From Tubiluchus corallicola (taxonomy: Eukaryota > Animalia > Priapulida): a DNA stretch of 64,000 nucleotides. Positions 51,182-61,950 of the stretch are shown piece by piece. The notes under the pieces are model-generated. The model had not been told where the DNA came from, ran no database searches, and saw only the letters and a program-made list of their open reading frames with translations. Within the stretch, counting starts at the first letter, position 1. The number at the start of each line of letters is the position of its first letter. The DNA is taken from contig JAQGDQ010000072.1 of NCBI GenBank assembly GCA_030141605.1, forward strand, positions 653,672 through 717,671. Reading direction: 5' to 3'. The position numbers and the translations under genes are program-made.

Positions 51182-53353
51182 ATGTTGTCTGAAGTTACAT
51201 CTCACATTTCGCTTTTCAATGGGATTTGTGTGTTTGCAAGTATCTCTGTGGTTATTTTACTGATATACCTTGCAGCTCTGTGTGCTCGTTGTAAGAAAGG
51301 ACGAGATTCTTCTGCAATAGCATTGACAAATGTGCAAAGTGTGTCTGTTAGCTATGAGCAGACAGAAAATGTGGTGACAGTTGCTGTGCCTGACCACAGT
51401 GCTGCAAATGGACGAACAGTATTAGGTGAATATCAATCGGATTCTTTACAACGTGTACAGAATCAGAGGCAAGTTGATTCTAAACCAAATCGCCGTTTAC
51501 CAGAGCCACCGCCTGGTCGCCCCAATATTCCGCAACCACCCACTCCTGTTGCCACTGGTCAAGATGTACCAGGTTTTTCTGAAAATTTTACACAACCCAC
51601 TCAGGATAACACCTCTGAACTTTACGAGTCTGTGCGTGATGATGTGCTGATCTCATTGGATTTTCATGCCAAACCTGATCCTCCCTATGCTAAAGTGCAA
51701 AAAAGCTTCCACTTCAATCAGTCAAGGGCAAATGAGCATAAAGAAGTGGCTTCTTCATCTGATTCACCTTATTCTAAAGTTGACCCTCCCTATACAAAAG
51801 TAAAGGGTGAAGTATCAGGTGAAGACTCAGCAGGTTATACTGTTGTTAGAGAACCTGCAGCTGACTATGCTGTAGAGGACTTGTATGAAGCTGTAGAAGA
51901 TGAGAATCTGCCTTCTGTGCCAGATAAAAGTTTTATAGTCGATCAGAGTGCGCAGAGTGATAATGAATCTGGTGCTGGCAGCTCCATGTCTGGCTATCCA
52001 CCTGGAATGGTTCCAAACAGCATTTTATCATCTGATTCGAATTCTGCGAGCCAAAACAAAGAAGGTTCCTATTTTAGTATAGGTATACGGGAACCCTTGG
52101 AAAATTTAAAAGCCAGAGAGGAAGCTAGACGTAAAGAGGAAGCGCAGAAACTGTTAGAACGGCAGCAAAGCGGCATAAATCAAAACACAATAGTCACAGA
52201 TGAAGAGCATTATTATACAACTGTTTCTAATGACTATCCAGACAATGGATATTCACAGGTGGAATGTGAAGATCAAGATCATCAGAACTTTAACGCTGCC
52301 ACAAGTAGGATAGAACGTACAGGTAGTGGCTCCGCGAGCGAGTTGTATGCTGAAATCGACAAAACGTCAGAAACTGAGTCAAATAGAAGTTCATTGTATG
52401 CAAAAGTGAATTATAGTCAAGTACGAAGCACTTCTGTAGGCGAAAATCCCATAGCTGTTAACAGACTTGATCATCTTATTACTTTTGATAATAATTCTAA
52501 TGCTTTTGATAACAACATTACTGTCCCAGCACTGAGTGCTGTGCCTGCAAGTGACAAGGCAGCTAAAGAAGATGTATCTGATCTGTATGCAGTAGTCGAT
52601 TTGAAAAAGAAAGCTAGAACTCGTGCTGCTAAACAAAGACCAATATCTGAACCTAACTTTGATCGACCCGCACATGAATTACCTAACTTTGAGCTGCCTT
52701 TACTTGACGTCTACACCGGGGGTGCACGACCTAAAATCCCTCCTAATAATTTCCTGTCAGATCGTAGCAGCAGTAGACGTGATGATGATCCTGGCTATGA
52801 AAGTATTTCTAACGAAGAAGTTTTTGTGACAAATATCACAGAAACAAAAAATAAGGGCGATTATAACAGTGATAGTTACATTGATAAAACGGGAAGTTTA
52901 ACACGACATGTTAGTGGGGCATTGTCGTGCTCATCAGTTTCAATAACTTATATTGATGATGATGATGGTGACGATGAAAAAACTGATCAAGGAGATGATG
53001 ATCCTAATTATAGTAAACTTGGTGAGCCATCTTTAAAAGTTGTGAGTGATGCTCAGCACTCTCGTCAAAGCAGCTTGAATTATGAAGAATCGTGGCAAAG
53101 ACTAGAAAAGAATCCGGAAATTCATCACGGTTTGGTTCACATCAGTAGTCATAAGCCAAGCCCAAACTTATGGAAAAGGAAAGAGCACATATATCAAGAA
53201 CTTGATAGCTGTGAACTGAAAAAGAGTAATAAAAAGAAGAAAAGGGAAGAGCACAGTCAGCATATGTTTGACTGGCTAAAGCGAGATGGCGGAAAGCATA
53301 GAAAACACCATTCTTCTAGTGATGATGATTTTAGAGAATGTACAAAATTTTAA
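51182..53353 (+). CDS. Uncharacterised single-pass transmembrane adaptor-like protein (723 aa; PAG1/Cbp-like architecture)
   Basis: 2.2-kb uninterrupted ORF preceded by a splice acceptor (ttttgtag ending 51058); first in-frame ATG at 51182; N-terminal TM segment, CARC, basic cluster, Pro-rich motif, many YxxV/I/L motifs, C-terminus ECTKF. Coding status is strong; family assignment is inference. Confidence 0.85.
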   Translation: MLSEVTSHISLFNGICVFASISVVILLIYLAALCARCKKGRDSSAIALTNVQSVSVSYEQTENVVTVAVPDHSAANGRTVLGEYQSDSLQRVQNQRQVDSKPNRRLPEPPPGRPNIPQPPTPVATGQDVPGFSENFTQPTQDNTSELYESVRDDVLISLDFHAKPDPPYAKVQKSFHFNQSRANEHKEVASSSDSPYSKVDPPYTKVKGEVSGEDSAGYTVVREPAADYAVEDLYEAVEDENLPSVPDKSFIVDQSAQSDNESGAGSSMSGYPPGMVPNSILSSDSNSASQNKEGSYFSIGIREPLENLKAREEARRKEEAQKLLERQQSGINQNTIVTDEEHYYTTVSNDYPDNGYSQVECEDQDHQNFNAATSRIERTGSGSASELYAEIDKTSETESNRSSLYAKVNYSQVRSTSVGENPIAVNRLDHLITFDNNSNAFDNNITVPALSAVPASDKAAKEDVSDLYAVVDLKKKARTRAAKQRPISEPNFDRPAHELPNFELPLLDVYTGGARPKIPPNNFLSDRSSSRRDDDPGYESISNEEVFVTNITETKNKGDYNSDSYIDKTGSLTRHVSGALSCSSVSITYIDDDDGDDEKTDQGDDDPNYSKLGEPSLKVVSDAQHSRQSSLNYEESWQRLEKNPEIHHGLVHISSHKPSPNLWKRKEHIYQELDSCELKKSNKKKKREEHSQHMFDWLKRDGGKHRKHHSSSDDDFRECTKF

Positions 53354-55449
53354 TTATAATTTGAGAATCAAAACAGGATTTACTCATGTTTTATCATGTT
53401 TTAATTTATTACAAGAAATCACAGATTTTTAGGTGATTGCCTTGACACATTATTTAAAGTGATTAATTAATTTATTTTTTTTATGATTTTGCAGCAAAGA
53501 GCAAAAAATTATAGATGAGTGAATTATTGAGTGCTGCAGGTATAGATTAAACTTTTCCATTGAAGTATCCTGATGCTGTTTTATGATATTTTATCATTTA
53601 AATTCCATCCCCATAGCCACTTTGCACCAGTCACCAGCTTTATGTCATTAAAGGTTAGTCAGTTTTATGATGATCAGAATGTTTCTGTGACTTGTAAAAC
53701 TGATTAATTGCAACTAGTGATATTTCAGTTCTTGCAAGTTTATAAAACCAATAACATTATTTAAGATTTTTAGGTTGTTTATTTGCTACACTTAATAAAA
53801 TTAATGCATTTGGTAAAACTTTGCGGCTTTTTATTTGCCCTATAAGATAATATGGTTTTGTATTCTGACATCCCATTTTTTAATTCATGTTGTATGCTAC
53901 CCTGTAATTGTTTTTTTTTTATAAAATGTAAGGGATTTAATGATGACAAAGCACAAGAAACTGTCATTATAAAAATATATGTTAGTGAAACACAGTCTCA
54001 TTCACCTGAAATGAAACAGGTTTTTTAGAAGTTTTAATAAGCAATGAGCTACAGCCATGTTTGTAAAACAGTTTCCAAAAATGTTAAAACAATTGTTATG
54101 TTGCTTGGCGTCACAAAATACAAAAATAAAGTGAATTTGGGCATACAGGACAAAATAGTGTGCCATTTTATGGTAGTAATTTTTTATTTCGACAATAGCA
54201 TTTCTTGTATCATAAATAAATTCAGTCTGTTTTTAGCTTTTCTTCAGACTTGAGCTCTAATAAGACCAGACTTCAAAAATATGCGTTGACGTATTTGTAA
54301 ATTGTATTTGTAAGTTAGACAGAAATATATTTGTAAATTAGTATTGAAAATAAGAATAATTTATTGTGACTGATTCTTGCTTCGTGATATGCGTAGTTAT
54401 ACTGGTAGGTTTGTGTTTGCTTGACTCCAAATCATTGCTATTACGTAATGCTTGACTTTAATTACTACTTATCATGCAGTGTAATGATTAATAGATACAC
54501 AGAAAATTATCTAATAATTTGGAAATGATAAATGTAGTATTACGCTGATATATTTGTGGTAGGAGTCATCATCTTTTTTTATCATTATGAATATGAATTC
54601 GCTGATAATTTTGCTTGTCACACATTGTAATGATTAATACTATGCAGCGTTTGTTTAAGCTTAGAGATTGTAAGTCTACAAACGTGAATGTTAGAAACTT
54701 TGTTTTTTAAATTTGTTTGCTTTATTAGTGTGCTAATTGGATGGACTTTTCTAATTTAAAAAGTTTGAAAACTATTAGTAATGTTGATATAGGAAACGTA
54801 AAATCATTGTACTACACTACTGTATCCTATAAATAATAATTATTATTATTTTCTGTAAAATAGAGAACCTTCTAATTTTTCATTTCATACCCACAAAAGC
54901 AGTAATCACAATATTCCATGATAACGTTTGTACATTTGTTCTTTTTTTACAATTATCTGTCATTAATATTTGGTTTGCTGTAAAGTTGATTTGACAGTGG
55001 ATATTATAATATTTTATACTTTGTATATTATGAAAACTATGGCCGTGCTGTGAAATCCAATTACATGTGATAATCATTTAATTGGTGGTTTTCTTTTTGG
55101 CTGGTTTGATTTCTTGCATCTCTTTTTACTTACAAAAGTTCATAGGTGTAATTATATTATTATTTTAGTATTAGTATTATTATTAATAGTAGTACCTTAG
55201 TATTTGACTGTTTTGCCATTTCTACAACGTGTTGTCTTGGTTTGAGGGTTGTGTCAAGAATTACTTCCAAGCCTTTTTCTCTATCACTTTTCTACAGTGT
55301 GTGACATAGCCTTTTATTAGCCGTGTGCAAAAGTAATAAGTAATAGTGTATTAAACAATTTTTGCATGAAAGCATTGCTGAATCAATAGAGAATTCTAAG
55401 CTGTCATGCCTTCAAAATTCCCAGTAGTGTCTAAGTTCGTAAGTTCGAG

Positions 55450-56900
55450 GCCGATCTCTTCGAGTCAGGGGCATAGTATTATGTTTACAGCTGACAGCAT
55501 GGATAGGGGTTAAGCATAAATGACCGCTTTTTACCCCTCCGATCTTCTCTGGATGCTTTATTTATTTTAAGTTTTCTAGTAGTGGTTGCGCTAACGATAC
55601 GATCTGTAAGATAGGTCAGTGTGTTCTTTTACGATCAATAGTGTCAGGTTCCCTAAAAATTCCAGGCGTCTTGTTGCCATTGCAGAAGGCTAGGATCAAT
55701 GTATTTATCCTGGTGATTAACCTCTAGAATTTTACAAAACAACTGAAGTTAAACTAATAGGCCGATTGGTGTGGCATATGCACTACGCAGTCTTCCAACT
55801 TGTTGGAATATTTCCTTCTAAACTTTTATTCAAGATATACAGAGGCGGTTCCATCAGGACGTTTTTGTTGTTTACTAAAACACTTGCATGAATTCATCAG
55901 GACCAATCAGTGCAACACGTGCACTGCATGCCTGCTAATTTTCAAAAAATAATTATCATGTAAAAAGCATTAATTTGTAAATATTTCTAATAATTAACTA
56001 TTATTGTTAATATTTATTAACATTTCACACTCGTATTGTAATGTCGGTAGACTATAGGTTTTGCGAACCATCACACTACATAAGCGACGGAGCTGTATGC
56101 ATTCACGATATTTTCCAATGTGAAAGCACACCACATTTTAGACAGGGAAATTATAGGCGTGGCTTAATCAAAACTTGTCCAATAACAATTAGCGGCAGCA
56201 TTATTTTTTATACCAGGCTTACCCTGAGAGAAATGCCCGCCGTTCATTCAATTTGGGTTTTCGTTCAGTAGCGACGCGTAATGCATCACATGGTTTGTTT
56301 GAGCCATTGTTTAATACGTACGGGTACTGTAGTTGATAGAGTTCTGTCTGTAGCTCTTTTAGAGTGCTAGATAATAACTGTTTACCTGTTTTATAAATTA
56401 CTGTAGTGTTTGGACTTTTCATTGCGTCAATTTCAGTTTTCAGCACATCGGTATTTTTATTGCTTTAGTTATATTATCCCGATCGGCTTTAGTGTAATGT
56501 TATTGCAGTAGTTCTCCTTCAGTATGCGAGAAGTGCATGTGTGGTAAGTATTTCTTTTACATCGTTTCTATATTAACATATTTTTAATTACCTAGGATGT
56601 AAAGGTTGGTTTAAAACAAGGTACCGCTTTGACACTGCATCTTTAAAGTTGAATTACGCTACATAATTGTAGCTTAGATCTGCGTCAGTTATGATAAATA
56701 CCTGACATTGCAACTCTCCCGATTTGGAATATTTCATTGAAATTTTAGTGATGTTTTCTTTCACTGTGCGTAGACCACTTCCAACAGATAAGTGAACTTA
56801 GTTTAGAGATCGCTTATCTGTCTCAAGCTATTGTTGTTGTTATTATTTTGCTGTAATTGCCAAATGCTGCATTTGAATGAATGAGCTGTACTAAGGCATT
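55450..56900 (-). mobile_element. Highly degenerate LINE remnant (tentative)
   Basis: Scattered minus-strand peptides YTKADRDNITKAIK (APE-RT linker-like), PDG near 55850 and DTIDRK near 55640; many stops. Confidence 0.35.
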
Positions 56901-57518
56901 CATGTAAGGTTGACAAACATTTCAGCTGCTATTGGCCAACAGTTATTTATCACTGCTTATTTCTAGTTTTCTATTTATAGCAAAGTAATACCACATCAGC
57001 AATGTGTTATCTGCATCCGAAATTGTTGTTTCGGTAAATTAATGGTTTTCAAGTAGGTTAAAACTTGGTTGTACAATACTTTATCAAGTACCTTAAGAAA
57101 GCCCTGGACAACAGAAACGGAGTGAGGTCTACAATTTGTTGGTTCATCCGTAGGGCTGCTGAATTTCAATTAGCTATAACGTGTTCTCTACGTTACCTAC
57201 GAAAGCTATAGCTAAATTTGCCTAAAAATTGACATATTTTAAGTACATTTCACACGTTTGTGTACCAGAATTTAGATCGCATTTGAGGCCTCGAAAATAC
57301 CCTTAAATACAAGAAAATGCGTTGGGGGCCGGGGCTCCGCCCCGTATGGATATAATAGAAAATGGGGACAAAAGCAGTCACGTCACTAATGTCTGCGTGA
57401 ATTCCATTTATTTACGAACCCCTCTACATTGTGATGGTTGGATCCATTACGAGTGGTCTATGATATCATCTATACTCTTATATTAATATTCTTGGTATCT
57501 ACTATCTACTATCTACTA

Positions 57519-58927
57519 TTATATTAATATTCTTGGTATCTTAATATATTTATTTATATATAAGATTCGAGGCTACAGCCCGGACGAGGGCACCATTTGC
57601 GGCGATCTATATATCAAACGAAAGGTCTCGATCTAGTGTCGTGCCATTGATGGTTTATTTTTTGAATGGGGCCCACCGGGAGGAACGGGGGGCGAAAAAC
57701 CTCCAAAAATGGCCCTTTTTCGGCCGTTTTTTGCAAAAGTTATACGGCTGAGATGTAGAGAACGGGAACGGGCCGAGGGGGTGCTGGGTATGGATAGATA
57801 GCCCGTTTAGCGGTGGGTGTAGTAGGCATATATAGAATTCCCAAGAGGGCCACGGGGTCCCGTAACGGGCGTTTTCCCGGACCCAACTCGCGATTTTTTC
57901 GAAATTTTGACCAAACAGCATGCGGGAAAAACGCTCTAGCGTCGCCCGGTGGGACTCTCGGAAGGAGATATATAGCTCTTTACAAAGAGGAAGAACACGG
58001 CTACACGACGATGTGGGCTATATGTTAGGGCAGGTCCACCGAGAGGAGTACTGGCGAGTTAATTAGAGGTTCCATTTTCGGCAATTTTCGCTTAAGAAAC
58101 TGCTGACGCAAAGGCATTGTTGTGACGTCATCCATTGTACTCTGTCTATAACTTTAATTCAGTAAAAGCTGCTACAGGCTTTGCGTTAGTTAAACAAACA
58201 GTAGGCATGATGTTACGGGCTTTGTGTTATAAATGAGGACTAGGTAGGATGTTCGCGTGATATTGATTATACGTGGTTTTTATGCAAAATCTTTTGCGGG
58301 GCCTTTGCTATTTATTATATTATAGCACATAGTTTCAACTTTGTGAAAAATGTTTGGAATGGTTTTGTTGTAATGCTGTGCTGTTGGTGCTTGTGCTATA
58401 GGTGTCGTCATCGTTGCCACCATCATCATCATCATCATCAACATCATGATCACCACGTGAGGTGGTGGATTTGATGTGGTGTGCTTTGTGTGTTGTGCTA
58501 TGGATGGTGTGGTGGGGTGATAGGGTGTGTGGGGTGTGGTGTGGGTAGTGTGGTATGGAGTGGGTGGCGTGGTGTGTGGGTGCGAGGGGGTTGTGGTGCA
58601 GTGCGGTGTGATGTGGTGGAGTATTATGGTGTGGGTGGTGTGGTGCAGTGTGGTGTTATGGTGCGGTGCAGTGTGGTGTGATGTGGTGGAGTGGTATGGT
58701 GTGGGCGATGTGGTGTGATGAGGTGGAGTGGTGTGGTGTGGGTTTTGTGTTGATTTGTGCACAAAATTCTTTTTGTGGGGTTTGGCTAGCCCACCGTTAA
58801 TTAAGATTTTAATCTATTACTAGATCGAGACCTTTCGTTTGATATATAGATCGCCGCAAATGGTGCCGTTGTCTGGGCTGTAGCCTCGAATCTTATATAT
58901 ATATATATACCAAGAATATTAATATAT
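57519..58927. mobile_element. Unclassified non-autonomous element bounded by long inverted repeats next to TA-rich microsatellite
   Basis: 83-bp near-perfect inverted arms at 57555-57637 and 58819-58901 (TAAGATTCGAGGCTACAGCCC...ATATCAAACGAAAGGTCTCGATCTAGT) plus outer TATATTAATATTCTTGGTAT / ATACCAAGAATATTAATATA; GC-rich interior at 57650-58080. Confidence 0.7.
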
Positions 58928-59250
58928 AGGCTAGCCAAACCCCACAAAAAGAATTTTGTGCACAAATCAACACACAACCCACATCACACCACTCCACTTC
59001 ATCACACCACACTGCACCACACCATACCACTCCACCTCATCGCACCACACAATACCACCACACTGCACCGCACCACACCATACCACCTACACACCACACC
59101 ATCCACACCATACCACTCCACCACATCACACCACACCGCACCACTCCATACCACTGCAGCACACCGCACCACACACCACACCACACCACCCACACCATAC
59201 GACTCCACCACATCACACCACACCATACCGCTGCACCACACCACACCGCA
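58460..59250. repeat. Palindrome of (GTGGT)n and (ACCAC)n degenerate simple-repeat arms around a 137-bp spacer
   Basis: 46-bp perfect inverted match at 58746-58791 and 58929-58974, continuing outward as complementary low-complexity arrays. Confidence 0.85.
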
Positions 59251-59505
59251 AATAGCTTTCAGAAAAAATATTCACCTATTATTTCAGATTTTGACAGAAC
59301 TGAGGTATTGTATTAGTAATAGTAAGGACTAGTAGGAGGCACTAATGGAATGGAAGTGAAGGTCAGCAAGTAATGCTGTGTCTGGTTATTACTTAATAAA
59401 AAACTCTGGCAATTGCTGAATTTTAAGCAAAAATTTCCAAAAACATAAATAAAACAAAAATAATTTCTCTAAAAATTATTTTTGATATTTGACAGAATTA
59501 CAAAC

Positions 59506-61485
59506 CATAACATCATCGTAGTCGTCATCATCGTCATCTTCGTTGTCATCGTCATTCTCATCATCGTCATCATCAGGCTCAGGCAATTCATCATCATCCT
59601 GTAGCTCAGCTAAAAGAGCAGTCTGCCGGCAGGAGTCCAATAAATCATTATCTGAATCACTGACACAAATAACATAGTTATAATTTACCCTTTTAGATAC
59701 AACTTTGTATTTCCATCAAATAGCAATGAATCTTATTCTAAAGCTTGACATCGTGAGCTGATTAAAACAATCTCAGTTAGCTATAACATCCTACAATGCA
59801 TCATACATCAAACACACACACATTAAGTGAAGCGTGACTTTCAAAGCAAATTGTTCACAGTAACAAGAACAATAACAATGCAAGTACATACTAGACATGC
59901 TATTCCAGAAAATAAAAATCAAATTAAATAAACACAGTAACACAGTATAAAAGACGCAAGTGTTCACAATCTCACCTAGATGTAGTCGAGGCAAGACTCA
60001 TTGTGAGTGCTTGGGACAAAGTGGTACCACCACTGGCAGCTACACTTGGTGCTTGAGAATTCTGCTGACTATTTGTTGTATTGAGACTGGGGAAACTTTG
60101 AGCTGTACTGAGAGGTCCTGCAATGTTGAATATATCATAAGTAAAAACACACACAAAAATGCATAGTAAAAAATTAGCACGAGCAAAAATTTTATTAAGT
60201 AAGCATTTTGGTGACAAGCTAACAAACTTAAGTGGCAAAAACTCATCTTAATTTTAACCAGTTTTAGAACTATAGCTACAACCTATCTATTGAATACAGA
60301 TCTGTTAAAAATTGCTAACATACCCTCGCCAGGTAGGTTAGAAGACAAAGCAAGTCGAACAAGGCTGCTAGCATTATTTGCTCCACGAGTCAAAGCCATG
60401 TTGTTGACAGAATTATTTGGTGCATTACCAGACTGTCGGCGACGTGCAGCAGCTGCAAAGGTCTCCAACAAGCTCACAGTTGCTTCCAAGCTACTCGACA
60501 AATTCGGTACAGAGACACTCATTGGACTGCCTCCACCGCGGCTGGATGATGAAGTTGATGTTGGAGTGGTGCCATCACCCCTCTTGCTTGAGCCACTTGG
60601 AGGTATTTTCTCACGGCGTTTCTCACTGATTCTCTTCAGCAGCGTTTTTTCTTCATTACGACGCTGATGGTGCTCATGTGTGGACATTAGTGAAGAGGCA
60701 TAGGATGATTCTAGCAACTTATTAGGTGGTGTCGGTACTGCTGCTGCTGCTGCTCCTGAAAAGTTGATCAAAGTTATTTAAATGATTTTTTTTATACAAA
60801 TCAAATTGACAAACATTATTTAACTACTGGCTAACTACCACAGGTCTTAGGTGACACAAAAGTCTCACATCCATTTTCCTTAATTTTTGTTCCTATCAAG
60901 GTAATAAGTAACAGATAACTGACTACTATAACTTTACAACGTACCGGACTCATCTGCTGTTTGCACTAGCACAGCGGTTTCAGTATTAACAGAGGTAGCT
61001 GTTGCATTTTGTGGCTCTTCTCCCGAATCAACAGTCACAGTAACTAGGGCTTCAGCACTCGCTAAATTCAATACCGATTCTGCCACGGCCTCAGCTGCCT
61101 CCTGTAGAATAAAAGTTTCTTTTAAAATCATTTTTTAAAGCGACTATGTATTTAAAAATAACCTTCTCTTGTCTATCATTTCAACAGCCATTTTCAATGG
61201 TTTCTGCTTAATCATCTTTTTTTCTACTTTGTTTGGCACCAGTAATAAGATTTTAATGACAGATCAGCATTTCCCTCCAAAGTTTTCTAGCCAAATTCTA
61301 TTATAGCACCTTTGATGTAACTTTAGATGGTAGACTATCAGCAGATGCCGCTTGCTCAGTGGCAGCAACAGAGGATACACCTTTCTTCTCCATGGCTTCA
61401 GGTAAACTTGGAGTGGAGCTGCTCTTACTGCGGCTAGAAGAAAGTACTGGTATTTTGCCTAATGCATCGGCCCTGCGAATATTGC
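59506..61485 (-). CDS. HECTD1: HECTD1/Ufd4 E3 ligase, central low-complexity exons, copy A (partial; no downstream HECT exons in the window)
   Basis: Exons 61485-61310, 61101-60945, 60755-60324, 60117-59976, 59659-59506 encode SSSTPSLPEA...SVAATEQAASADSL, PMSVSVPNLSS...LLETFAAAARRR, LSTAQSFPSL...LSQALTMSLASTTS and DLLDSCRQTALLAELQDDDELPEPDDDDDEND...YDDVM, motifs characteristic of HECTD1. Confidence 0.85.
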
Positions 61486-61950
61486 CTGCAAAGACAACCA
61501 ACATTTTTTCACTCTCAGCTCCTTAGAAATTCAAAAAAGGGCTGCAACTCTTGACAAACATCTTTCTCTAAAACAATCAAATCCAACATCTTTCTCTAAA
61601 ACAATCAAATCCTTTTTAGTTTAAAAATTTAATGCAAGAATTTTCACCAGTGTTACATTTTTCTTTGTAATGCACTGTCTTTGCAGATTTAAAATAAAAC
61701 CTTCAAAAATTCTTAGTACCAGATAAGCGCACAAATATTAGCAGTCTTAAACATCAATAGCCGCTACAGAAGAGCCATAGTTGCAATAGCAACAGTAACA
61801 ACTGCAACGACAATACAGGCAATGACAGCAGGCACAGTGAAAACAATACTCTGGCAATTGCTGAATTTTAAGCAAAAATTTCCAAAAACATAAATAAAAC
61901 AAAAATAATTTCTCTAAAAATTATTTTTGATATTTGACAGAATTACAAAC

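Noticed and set aside
53339-53353. C-terminal CTKF as a CaaX prenylation box
   Set aside because: Lys at the a2 position is disfavoured and the protein already has a TM anchor; a class I PDZ ligand (T-x-F) fits better.
58280-59332. His/Thr/Pro-rich and Val/Trp/Cys-rich ORFs on both strands
   Set aside because: They are translations of degenerate (ACCAC)n and (GTGGT)n simple repeats, with no codon or splice evidence.
60290-60667. Plus-strand 125-aa ORF (and its copy at 62735-63112)
   Set aside because: Antisense shadow of the HECTD1 exon.
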